A DNA stretch of 64,000 nt from the NCBI RefSeq assembly GCF_006345805.1, contig NC_043023.1, positions 20,088,001-20,152,000 on the forward strand. The letters run 5' to 3'. The stretch is from Octopus sinensis. Taxonomy: Eukaryota. Positions 1-9,996 of this stretch are shown here, one piece after another. A program made the position numbers and the translations under genes. Below the pieces are notes generated by a model. That model did not search any database and was not told the origin of the DNA. It worked only from the letters and a program-made list of their open reading frames with translations. Within the stretch, counting starts at the first letter, position 1. Each line of letters starts with the position of its first letter.

Positions 1-454
1 GATCATAGTCATGACTAATGTCCAGTGTCATGCGAGTGGCTTCTGTGCCAGTGGCATGTAAAAAGTACCCACTACACTCTTGGAGTGGTTAGCATTAGGC
101 AAGGCATCCAGTCATAAAAAAAACTTGCCAAATCAGATTGGAACCTGGTGCAGCCTCCTGGCTTACCCGTTTTCAGTCAGGCCATGCTAGCATGGAAAGC
201 AGACGTTAAATGATGATGATGATGATATCTGTGTATGTCCTTAGTTGCCTCTGACCACTACCTGATGACCAGCGTTGGTGAGTTTACGTCCCTGTAACAT
301 AGAGGTTCAGCAAAAAGAGACTAACAGAATAAGTGCTAGGCTTAAAACAGAAGGCGAAAAGCAAATAAAAATGATAAGCACACGGGGGTTGACTCATTCG
401 ACTAAAACATGTCCAGGCAGTGCCCCAGCTTGGCCACAGTCTAATGACTGAAAC

Positions 455-1985
455 ATCATCATCATCATCATTGTTTAATGTCTGCCTTCCTTGCTGGCAT
501 GGGTGAGATGAATTTATAGGAGCTGGCTCGGCAGAAGCCTGTACTAGACCCCTGAGACTGTTTTAGCAGGGTTTTTACAGCTGAATGCCCTTCCTAACAC
601 CAACCACTTTGTGGTTTTTATGTGACACAAGCACAGGCGAGGTCAGTTTTGGAAAGGTTTTTATAGCTGGATGCCCTTCCTAACATCAACCACTCAGTGG
701 AGTGGTCTTTGTGCTTTTTACGTGGTACCAGCACAGGCGAGTTCAGTTTTGGAAAGGATTTTTACAGCTGGATGCCCTTCCTAACACCAACCACTTTGTG
801 GACTTTGTGGTTTTTACGTGACACAAGCACTAGCGAGGTCAGTTTTGGAAAGGTTTTTACAGCTGGATGCCCTTAACACCAACCACTTAGTGTAGTGGAC
901 TTTGTACTTTTCACGTGGTACCAGCACAAGCGAGTTCAGTTTTGGAAAGGATTTTTACAGCTGGATGCCCTTCCTAACACCAACCACTTAGTGGACTTTG
1001 TGCTTTTTACGTGGTACCAGCACAAGCGAGGTCAGTTTTGGAAAGGATTTTTACAGCTGGATGCCCTTCCTAACATCAACCACTTAGTGGACTTTGTACT
1101 TTTTACGTGGTACCAGCACAAGCGAGGTCAGTATTGGAAAGGTTTTTACAGCTGGATGCCCTTCCTAACACCAACCACTTTGTGGACTTTGTGCTTTTTA
1201 CGTGACACAAGCACAGGCGAGGTCGGTTTTGGAAAGGTTTTTATAGCTGGATGCCCTTCTTAACACCAACCACTCAGTGGAGCGAACTTTGTGCTTTTTA
1301 CGTGACACAAGCACAGGCGAGGTCGGTTTTGGAAAGGTTTTTATAGCTGGATGCCCTTCTTAACACCAACCACTCAGTGGAGCGAACTTTGTGCTTTTTA
1401 CGTGACACAAGCACAGGCGAGGTCGGTTTTGGAAAGGTTTTTATAGCTGGATTCCCTTCTTAACACCAACCACTCAGTGGAGTGGTCTTTGTGCTTTTTA
1501 CGTGACACAAGCACAGGCGAGGTCGGTTTTGGAAAGGTTTTTATAGCTGGATGCCCTTCTTAACACCAACCACTCAGTGGAGTGGACTTTGTGCTTTTTA
1601 CGTGGTACCAGCACAGGCGAGTTCAGTTTTGGAAAGGATTTTTACAGCTGGATGCCCTTCCTAACACCAACCACTTTGTGGACTTTGTGCTTTTTACGTG
1701 GTACCAGCACAAGCGAGGTCAGTTTTGGAAAGGATTTTTACAGCTGGATGCCCTTCCTAACACCAACCACTTAGTGGACTTTGTGGTTTTTGTGTGACAC
1801 AAGCACAGGTGAGTTCAGTTCTGGAAAGGATTTTTACAGCTGGATGCCCTTCCTAACATCAACCACTTTGTGGACTTTGTGGTTTTTGTGTGACACAAGC
1901 ACAGGTGAGTTCAGTTCTGGAAAGGATTTTTACAGCTGGATGCCCTTCCTAACATCAACCACTTTACAGAGTGGACTGGATGTTT
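455..1985 (-). repeat. Tandem array (about 15 units of 95-101 bp) amplified inside an RTE-LINE 3'UTR copy
   Basis: ATGCCCTTCCTAACACCAACCAC recurs at about 586, 671, 772, 867, 965, 1061, 1156, 1251, 1351, 1451, 1551, 1652, 1748, 1844 and 1940. (CAT)n tail at 455. Confidence 0.9.
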
Positions 1986-2059
1986 TTTTTTAAGTTAAGG
2001 AAAAAATACAGAAAAAAGATAGAAGAAAAAGGGACGTGTAAAAAAGGGAATAAACTTAC

Positions 2060-2153
2060 TCTTGCAATATATTTCTCCCTCGTGAGTGTTTTGATTGGTG
2101 GAGTCAAGGGCCTTGCCACAACCTTTGCATCTGAAACATGCTTTATGCCATGG
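2060..2153 (-). CDS. CSRP: CRP/MLP exon: LIM2 C-half. The next exon lies off-window or was not found.
   Basis: [31 protein letters not shown] completes C-x2-C-x17-H-x2-C-x2-C-x2-C-x17-C. Acceptor ttttttgcag, donor GTAAGT. Confidence 0.92.
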
Positions 2154-2644
2154 CTGCAAAAAAGAGAAAGCAAATCTTAATTACTGTAATACCTGTTGTG
2201 ATCCTTTATTGTCAGATTGTTGTAACGTCCCCTTTGGTAGAGTAGACCCGTAAAGACATGACTATCTAGGACCATCTACTTCATACTCTCTCTATATTGA
2301 CCAACATCAGAATATTTGCAGTGACTAGCACATACCACTCGTCATGTCAGAAGGGTGTACCCGCAACAATACCAAAACACCTCAGAGTCACTTCTGGTTC
2401 CATGATACAAACTTCTTGTTTTAACCCTTCAGTGTTTAACCTGACCATACAAGCCCTGAATATCCTACAGGTTGTATATTCAAACCAGCCAGATCCAGCC
2501 TCTTAAACCTACCCGAAAATGCCTTTCTTAAAATTGAACAATCACATCACTGAAATCTCAAAGCTATGAGATAATCCATGATTAATTCAAATCAATGGAA
2601 GTAGATAAGGATTAGATTTGACAGAGAAATCTGAAAGGTAAGAG

Positions 2645-2930
2645 GTTATCTATCTACCTATCTTTCTACCTATCTATCTGTCATTCTATCTGTCTATCTA
2701 TCTATCTACCTATCTATCTATCTATCTATCTGTCTATCTGTCTATCTATCTATCTATCTATTTATCCATCTATCTATCTGTCATTCTATCTGTCTATCTA
2801 TCTATCTATTTATCTATCTATTTATCCATCTATCTATCTGTCATTCTATCTGTCTATCTATCTATCTATCTACCTATCTTTCTACCTATCTATCTATCTG
2901 TCATTCTATCTGTCTATCTATCTATCTCTC
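2645..2930. repeat. (TATC)n/(TGTC) compound microsatellite with a 60-bp higher-order period
   Basis: Direct reading. Confidence 0.9.
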
Positions 2931-2946
2931 TCTACCCCCTCTCTCA

Positions 2947-3357
2947 TCTACAATATAAATTGGACATGGGCAATTGTTGTATTCTTTCTTGTCTTGAGGT
3001 TCACAGCCAAATGGCCGGGTGGATTCGCGTGAAAAATGGCACACATGTGGAGACGGGTGCATAGATTGGAATGCAGTTTGATTTTTTTTCCTCGCCCCCA
3101 TATTTATCGAGAAAATCGATTAAAACTTTCTAATGGAATTCCCCTAGACTACGTACAAATTCATTCTTCACAATTTCTGAAGCTGTTTTCTGACAAGGGG
3201 ATGGGGGTCGGGAAATTTTCATACAGCTGGCGGCTCCAATCGAAACAGGGGACCCGAAATGATAGGGTGAGAAACACTGTTATAGATTATGCCTAACCGA
3301 AAGCGATCACAGCCACATCATCCAAACAGACCGGGTGAAACCGGGCTTAGCTACTAG
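2947..3357 (+). mobile_element. Non-autonomous Helitron
   Basis: 5' A|TCTACAATATAAA; 3' hairpin CCGG-GTGAAA-CCGG followed by CTAG|T. Confidence 0.7.
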
Positions 3358-3418
3358 TATATATATATATATATATATATATATACTTTATTTTAAGCAG
3401 CAGAAAATTCAACAAAAT

Positions 3419-3456
3419 CTGTTACTCTGAGTTTCTCGTTGCCGTTCATCAGACAG
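3419..3456 (-). ncRNA. Exact inverted copy of HHR-A (sense to the CSRP pre-mRNA)
   Basis: Reverse complement of 3546-3583 within the 108-bp inverted repeat 3386-3493/3509-3616. Confidence 0.72.
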
Positions 3457-3545
3457 TTTTTGCTAGAATGGAACTGATATATCAATTCAATCTGATATAT
3501 CAATTCAAAGATTGAATTGATATATCAGTTCCATTCTAGCAAAAA

Positions 3546-3583
3546 CTGTCTGATGAACGGCAACGAGAAACTCAGAGTAACAG
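3546..3583 (+). ncRNA. Minimal type-I hammerhead ribozyme motif (HHR-A), Penelope-like
   Basis: CTGT-CTGATGA-A.CG(GCAA)CG.A-GAAA-CTCAGA-GTA-ACAG. Helix I is CTGT/ACAG, helix III ACTCAGAGT is palindromic, and a GUA triplet predicts cleavage after 3579. Confidence 0.75.
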
Positions 3584-3866
3584 ATTTTGTTGAATTTTCT
3601 GCTGCTTAAAATAAAGCATATTACTCTACCACTGGTATTTGAGTACTCTTTTTTCCACCTTGTTTCACATTTATGTGTTTACTCCGGTATATATATATAT
3701 ATATATTTAAGTAGGTGAATGAATTATCCTAGCATAGAAAATTCGTTTAACCCATTTTTGACGTCATTGCTCATAACGGATTATTTTAAAAAAACACTCA
3801 TTATCGCTGTGGTCACCATGTAGGCAATCATCAAAAACTTTTGTTCGTCTTGTGGCTGAAAGAGGC

Positions 3867-3963
3867 TCCTTATCTTTCCTGATGAGAAGATGGCATAATG
3901 CACCCTTTATTCCTTCGGAATTAAAGGTATGCCGTCTTCGAAACATGCGTCGAGAGTAAAGGA
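3867..3963 (+). ncRNA. Type-I hammerhead ribozyme motif with long helix II (HHR-B)
   Basis: CTGATGA at 3879-3885. Helix II GAAGATGGCATA/TATGCCGTCTTC (12 bp, G10.1-C11.1). GAAA at 3940-3943, then C-ATGC-GTC. Helix I is TCCTT-AT-CTTTC/GAGAG-TA-AAGGA. A GUC triplet predicts cleavage after 3951. Confidence 0.85.
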
Positions 3964-4269
3964 ATTTTGTTAAAATATTCATTCGACTCCATTCTTTCAT
4001 TTATTCAAACATAAATATATATATATACAAGCAATATAGGATAAAGCCCCTTTCTCTACAGAAAAGAATTCCATCAAGAAGCGTGGCAGTATATTAAAAA
4101 AACCTTTACAGTCAAAATTATAAACATCTTATAAGCAAGGCCTAAAGAAGATTATTCTAAAGCCAATATACTGATTATCCACTAATAAATGGATAATCAG
4201 TATATTTATAAGTGGATAATCAGTATATTGGCTTTAGAATAATCTTTAGCCCTTGTTTATAAGATGTAT

Positions 4270-5008
4270 ATATCATCATCATCATCATCATCATTTAGCG
4301 TCCGCTTTCCATGCTAGCATGGGTTGGACGGTTCAACTGGGGTCTGTGAAGCTGGAAGGCTTCATCAGGCCCAGTCAGATCTGGCAGTGTTTCTACGGCT
4401 GGATGCCCTTCCTAACGCCAACCACTCCGTGAGTGTAGTGGGTGCTTTTTACGTGCCACCCGCACAGGTGCCAGACAGAGCTGGCAAACGGCCACGAAAC
4501 GGATGGTGCTTTTACGTGTCACCAGCACGGAGGCCAGTCGAGGCTGGCAGCGGACACGAACGGATGGTGCTTTTACGTGCCACCAACACGGGGGCCAGGC
4601 GAGGCTGGCAACGGACACGAACGGATGGTGCTTTTACGTGCCACTGACATGGGGGCCAGAAAGAGCTGGCAAATGGCCACGAACAGATGGTGCTTTTACG
4701 TGTCACCGGCACGGGGGCCAGGCGAGGCTGGCAACGGACATGAACGGATGGTGCTTTTACGTGCCACCGACACGAGGGCCAGAAAGAGCTGGCAAACGGC
4801 CACGAACGGATGGTGCTTTTACGTGCCACCGGCACGGGGGCCGGGCGAGGCTGGCAACGGACACGAACGGATGGTGCTTTTACGTGCCACCAACACGGGG
4901 GCCAGAAAGAGCTGGCAAACGGCCACGAACGGATGGTGCTTTTACGTGTCACCGGCATGGGGGCCAGGCGAGGCTGGCAACGAACACGAACGGATGGTGC
5001 TTTTACGT
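4270..5008 (-). repeat. RTE 3'UTR copy with internal 61/62-bp tandem array (4441-5008, 9 units)
   Basis: GGATGGTGCTTTTACGT recurs at 4501, 4562, 4623, 4685, 4746, 4808, 4869, 4931 and 4992; (CAT)n tail at left. Confidence 0.9.
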
Positions 5009-5275
5009 ATATAGATATATATATATATATATATACACACAAATAAATGAGAGAATGTTGAAATGATCCTGGCTTTGGGTAAAATAAACTACAAAAAAAT
5101 CAGTGAATTCCCCTTTCAGATTCACACACTCATTGCAGACGCCCTTCAATTTTTTTGAAACCCTGTAAAAGAACTCAAAAGGATGGACCTCCAGCCAAAC
5201 TTTCTGTGATACCCTTGAAGCCAGGAACTTTTCAGTACCCCCGCATACATACATACACACACTCATATATACTTG

Positions 5276-5658
5276 GGAAGCACTCCGTCGGTTATGACGA
5301 CGAGGGTTCCGGTTGATCCGAATCAATGGAACAGCCTGCTCGTGAAATTAACGTGTAAGTGGCTGAGCACTCCACAGACACGTGTACCCTTGACGTAGTT
5401 CTCGGGGATATTCAGCATGACACAGAGAGTGACAAGGCCGGCCCTTTGAAATACGGGTACAACAGAAACAGGAAGTAAGAGTGAGAGAAAGTTGTGGCGA
5501 AAGAGTACAGCAGGGATCGCCACCATCCCCTGCCGGAGCCTTGTGGAGCTTTTAGGTGTTTTCGCTCAATAAACACTCACAACGCCCAGTCTGGGAATCG
5601 AAACCGCGATCCTACGACCGCGAGTCCGCTGCCTTAACCACTGGGCCATTGCACCTCC
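5276..5658 (-). mobile_element. tRNA(Arg-like)-derived SINE, full copy (octopus OR-type). Partial copies at 5689-5911 and 6155-6313.
   Basis: Head has A box TGGCCCAGTGG and B box GTTTCGATTCC; near-identical to 8785-9166 and 9614-9996. Confidence 0.85.
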
Positions 5659-5951
5659 ACATATATATATATATTATATATATATATAGGCTGGCCCTTT
5701 GGAATACAGGTACAACAGAAACAGGAAGTAAGAGTGAGAGAAAGTTGTGGCGAAAGAGTACAGCAGGGATCGCCACCATCCCCTGCCGGAGCCTCGTGGA
5801 GCTTTTAGGTGTTTTCGCTCAATAAACACTCAGAACGCCCGGTCTGGGAATCGAAACCGTGATCCTATGACTGTGAGTCCGCTGCCCTAACCACTGGGCC
5901 ATTGTGCCTCCACACACACACACATATATATATATATGTATGTATGTATTC

Positions 5952-5985
<34 letters not shown>

Positions 5986-6393
5986 CCCATGCTAGCATGG
6001 AAAGCGGACGTTAAACGAACGATATATCACCGTGACTGACCAGGCTATCAGATGTTGCTACACATCGCTGGTCACAATGCGCTTTGCATTGTTTTAGCCT
6101 TCAAATGACGCCACCCCACTGGCTAAGCAAGCAGGCCAACAGAAGAAATTTGGGGGTGAAAGAGTACAGCAGGGATCACCACCCCCTGCCGGAGCCTCGT
6201 GGAGCTTTAGGTGTTTTTGCTCAATAAACACTCACAACGCCCGGTCTGGGAATTGAAACCGCGATCCTATGACTGCGAGTCTGCTGCCCTAACCACAGGG
6301 CCATTGCGCCTCCACACTCATATATACATACAGTGACACACAGACTTATACAGCATGAAAGAGAGAGAGGGCAACAGACAGTATAAAACCTAC

Positions 6394-6499
6394 CACAGTT
6401 GATCCAATGGCTCTCTCCGCATCGTATACGGTTTTGCCACATCGGGGACATTTTGGTCCAGTTCCGGCATCACCTGACGACACTGTTGTTGGTTTGTTC
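6394..6499 (-). CDS. CSRP: CRP/MLP exon: linker plus LIM2 N-half (not in the ORF track)
   Basis: (S)NKPTTVSSGDAGTGPKCPRCGKTVYDAERAIGSTV. Acceptor tttttcag, donor GTAGGT; phase 2 in, phase 0 out. Confidence 0.9.
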
Positions 6500-6529
6500 C
6501 TGAAAAACAGTGAAAAGAAATGTTAAGTT

Positions 6530-7087
6530 ACCTTCTTGAATGACACTGACTTACAAGGGCTGCTTTCCTGGTTTCACGACGAATATATTCTACACCTTGA
6601 TGGGCCACCAGTCCTTCTCAGGAAAATTTTAGAGATTTTTACAGTTCCAGTGATGGATTGAATCTGTAGTTTTCGAATTAGCTTTTTCCTGTCTGGTTTT
6701 GAGATGCCTAAATTCTCAAGATTGGTATTTAGGTAGTGTGTTCCATATCCACAGGGCCCCAATAACTACAGGTATAAGCCTGAACTTGTAATCTGGATAG
6801 ATTAACTACAGATTTCTCAATAGTTCAATGTAGGTATTCTCTTTTTCACTCATCTTCAGATTTATGTTAACATCTGTTGGGCAGCTAATTTCCACAACTC
6901 TACACAGTTTCTCTCCTCTATCCCAAATCATTATATCAGGTCTTTTGTGCTTACATTTTACTGAGGTCTTCACTGGGACATTCCACCAGTGGCTATGGTT
7001 TCTACTGTACTGTGGGTTCTTATTTCTTTGTCCGCAGGGTTATCCTTCTGACAGATTTCATTATAGAGTCCTAGCTACAACATCACG
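6530..7087 (-). mobile_element. Dong/R4-clade LINE 3' fragment (restriction-like endonuclease)
   Basis: DVVARTLYNEIC...HKRPDIMIWDRGEKLCRVVEISCPTD...IPVVIGA...LQIQSITGTVKISKIFL carries the PD..(D/E) REL motif; one in-frame stop. Confidence 0.8.
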
Positions 7088-7097
7088 TAAGTATGTA

Positions 7098-7128
<31 letters not shown>

Positions 7129-7600
7129 ATGTATGTAAGTGTGTGTATGTATGTATGTATGTATGTATGTATGTGTGTGTGTATGTACGTATGTGTGTGT
7201 GTATGTATGTATGTATGTGTGTGTGTGTATGTATGTATGTGCGTATGTATGTGTGTGTATGTACGTATGTATGTGTGTGTGTATGTATGTACGTACGTAT
7301 GTATGTGTGTGTATGTATGTGTGTATGTATGTATATGTGTATGTATGTATGCATGTATGTATGTGTGTATGTATGTGTGTGTGTATGTATGTGTGTGTGT
7401 GTGTATGTATGTATATGTATATATGCATGTATGTATGTATGTGTGTGTATTTATGTATGTATGTATGTATGTGTTTGTGTATGTATGTATATGTGTATGT
7501 ATGTATGTGTGTGTGTATGTATATGTGTGTGTATGTATGTATGCATGTATGTATGTGTGTGTGTATGTACGTATGTGTGTGTGTGTGTGTGTATGTATGT
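7088..7600. repeat. (TATG/TG)n microsatellite
   Basis: Direct reading; source of several spurious ORFs. Confidence 0.95.
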
Positions 7601-7782
7601 TTAGGTGGAACATTAATGGTGTCAAAGCCACCCTCAGGTTCTGTGAGCCTCTTCCACAGATTGTGGGTTCTGTCCCTCCCTGGAGGTTGAACAAATACAT
7701 AAAAAAATATAAAACAATAATAAGCAAAAACAAAACACTGATGAAGTTAATAATAAAGAGGAAATGCAAGGGGGCCACTTAC

Positions 7783-7957
7783 GACATCTCTGATTCCTTG
7801 TTACCAAACTGACTTCCTGTGTCCATGCTGAGGGCACCGGCGCCACCACCGAATCCATAACCTTTTGGCCCATACTTGCGTCCATGGCAGCCCTTACAAT
7901 AGAGTGTACCTTGGTGATCAGCAACTGTGGTACTTTCCAACATCTTGTTACACATAG
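7783..7957 (-). CDS. CSRP: CRP/MLP exon: LIM1 C-half plus glycine-rich repeat
   Basis: (T)[57 protein letters not shown](S). Acceptor ttgccag, donor GTAAGT at 7782-7777; phases 1 and 2 fit the neighbouring exons. Confidence 0.95.
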
Positions 7958-8024
7958 CTGGCAAAACAGATTGGGATATAGAATTCATGTTTTAGTATAG
8001 CATATTTAATTATGGCATATTTAA

Positions 8025-8497
8025 TTAACCCTTTTGATGCCAACCTGGCTGAAACCGGCTCTGGTTCTGTAGTACAAATGTCTTGTTTTCATAATTAAAA
8101 TCTTCCACTAAACCTTAGTCACAATTTATGTTCCTAACACTAGCTTAATGATAACTAAGTTATTTTACTAAATTCTTTGTTATATTTAAAATTAATTGAA
8201 AGAAACACAGAACATCTCAAAATAAATACAGTAATGAAAGGTTTAAAATATATAATAGAGAAACAATTCTTAACCCTTTTGATACCAACCTGGCTGAAAC
8301 CACCTCTGGCTCTGAGTACAAATGTCTTGTTTTTAAAAGTTCTGAATTAAAATTTTCCACCAAACCTTAGTCACAATTTATGTTCCTAACACTAGCTTAA
8401 TGATAATTAAGTTATTTTATTAAATTCTTTGTTATATTTAAAGTAATTGAAAGAAACACAGAACATCTCAAAATAAATACAGTAACGAAAGGGTTAA
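8025..8497. mobile_element. Two tandem copies of a ~225-bp TTAA-CCC MITE (piggyBac-like ends)
   Basis: TTAACCCTTT...AAAGG(G/T)TTAA at 8025-8246 and 8270-8497, highly similar to each other. Confidence 0.75.
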
Positions 8498-8784
8498 GCA
8501 GAGTTGTGTAGTGTCTGTCATCAGTATTGCTTCTAATTTTGCTATACACACACACACACACACTCATGCACATACACACACATCTGTGAGTACATATTCT
8601 TTTATCTGTTTCAGTGATTTGTATGTGGCCATGCTGTAGCACCACCTTTAGTTGAACAAATCGACCCCAGGACTCATTCTTTGTAAGTACTTATTCTATC
8701 AGTCCCTTTTGCCTTACATATGTTTCAAAAGTCTGCATCATTTGTGTTATGAAACATTACAATCGAACGCTATAATAATGAACT

Positions 8785-9166
8785 GGAGGCGCAATGGCCC
8801 AGTGGTTAGGGCAGCGGACTCGCGGTCATAGGATCGCGGTTTCGATTCCCAGACCGGGCGTTATGAGTGTTTATTGAGCGAAAACACCTAAAAGCTCCAC
8901 GAGGTCCGGCAGGGGATGTGGTGATCCCTGCTGTACTCTTTCACCACAACTTTCTCTCACTCTTTCTCTTCTGTTTTCTGTTGTACCTGTATTTCAAAGG
9001 GCCGGCCTTGTCACTCTCTGTGTCACGCTGAATATCCCCGAGAACTACGTTAAGGTACACGTGTCTGTGGAGTGCTCAGCCACTTATACGTTAATTCACG
9101 AGCAGGCTGTTCTGTTGATTCGGATCAACCGGAAACCTCGTCGTCGTAACCGACGGAGTGCTTCCA
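8785..9166 (+). mobile_element. tRNA(Arg-like)-derived SINE, full copy
   Basis: GGAGGCGCAATGGCCCAGTGGTTAGGGCAGCGGACTCGCGG...GTTTCGATTCCC head. Confidence 0.88.
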
Positions 9167-9305
9167 TATCCCATAATAATGAACTATATCATGCCCTTTC
9201 ATCATTCACACGATTCACCATTATCGACTAGACGATAACTCCTCCAATTTTTCACTCCTCCCCACCACCAAAGGAAAAAAAACCCTAACAGAATGGAATA
9301 CTCAC

Positions 9306-9420
9306 TGCATTTGAAGCACATCTTGTGGAATTTATTTCCACCTGCAATCTTCTCTTCTGCCGCATAGACGGCTTTGTTGCAGACGGGACATTTCGATTGT
9401 TGGATTGGCTTGAATGGCAT
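9306..9420 (-). CDS. CSRP: CRP/muscle LIM protein, first coding exon (LIM1 N-half). The exon extends in 5'UTR to the acceptor at 9451.
   Basis: MPFKPIQQSKCPVCNKAVYAAEEKIAGGNKFHKMCFKC matches the CSRP/Mlp LIM motif C-x2-C-x17-H-x2-C. Acceptor ttttgcag ends at 9452; donor GTGAG at 9305, phase 1. Confidence 0.93.
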
Positions 9421-9613
9421 TTTGAGTTTTGTGGCTTACTCTCCTGGTTTACTGCAAAATGAAGAAAAAAAGACACCGTTATTTTTATATATGTGTATAC
9501 CAAAAAAAGGAGATGATAAAGGAATAGACAATTATCTTATGAACTCCATAGCCTTACAACTGTTTCTTGTTCCAGTCTGTACTTGACTGATGCTTCATCC
9601 TGAAACCTAAGTC

Positions 9614-9996
9614 TGGAAGCACTCTATTGGTTACGACGACGAGGGTTCCGGTTGATCCGAATCAACGGAACAGCCTGCTCGTGAAATTAACGTGTAAGTG
9701 GCCGAGCACTCCACAGACACGTGTACCCTTAACGTAATTCTCGGGGATATTCAGCGTGACACAGAGAGTGACAAGGCCGGCCCTTTGAAATACAGGTACA
9801 ACAGAAACAGGAAGAAAGAGTGAGAGAAAGTTGTGGTGAAAGAGTACAGCAGGGATCACCACCACCCCCTGCCGGAGCCTCGTGGAGCTTTAGGTGTTTT
9901 CGCTCAATAAACACTCACAATGCCCGGTCTGGGAATCGAAACCGTGATCCTATGACCGCGAGTCCGCTGCCCTAACCACTGGGCCATTGCGCCTCC
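9614..9996 (-). mobile_element. tRNA(Arg-like)-derived SINE, full copy
   Basis: Reverse complement of 8785-9166 with few substitutions. Confidence 0.88.

Noticed and set aside
4324-5066. Overlapping 107-190 aa repetitive ORFs and a CRISPR-like repeat-spacer look
   Set aside because: The 123-bp higher-order repeat is a multiple of 3. The apparent spacers are just two recurring variants, the context is eukaryotic, and no cas genes are present.
8785-8860. tRNA-like cloverleaf heads (also at 22427, 35500, 13780)
   Set aside because: They continue into SINE bodies, lack a paired acceptor stem, and occur in many diverged copies; not tRNA genes.
9570-9620. CTGATGC...GAAAC CTAA GTC hammerhead-like string
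   Set aside because: The core is mismatched (CUGAUGC), and the apparent helix I partner is the end of the adjacent SINE.
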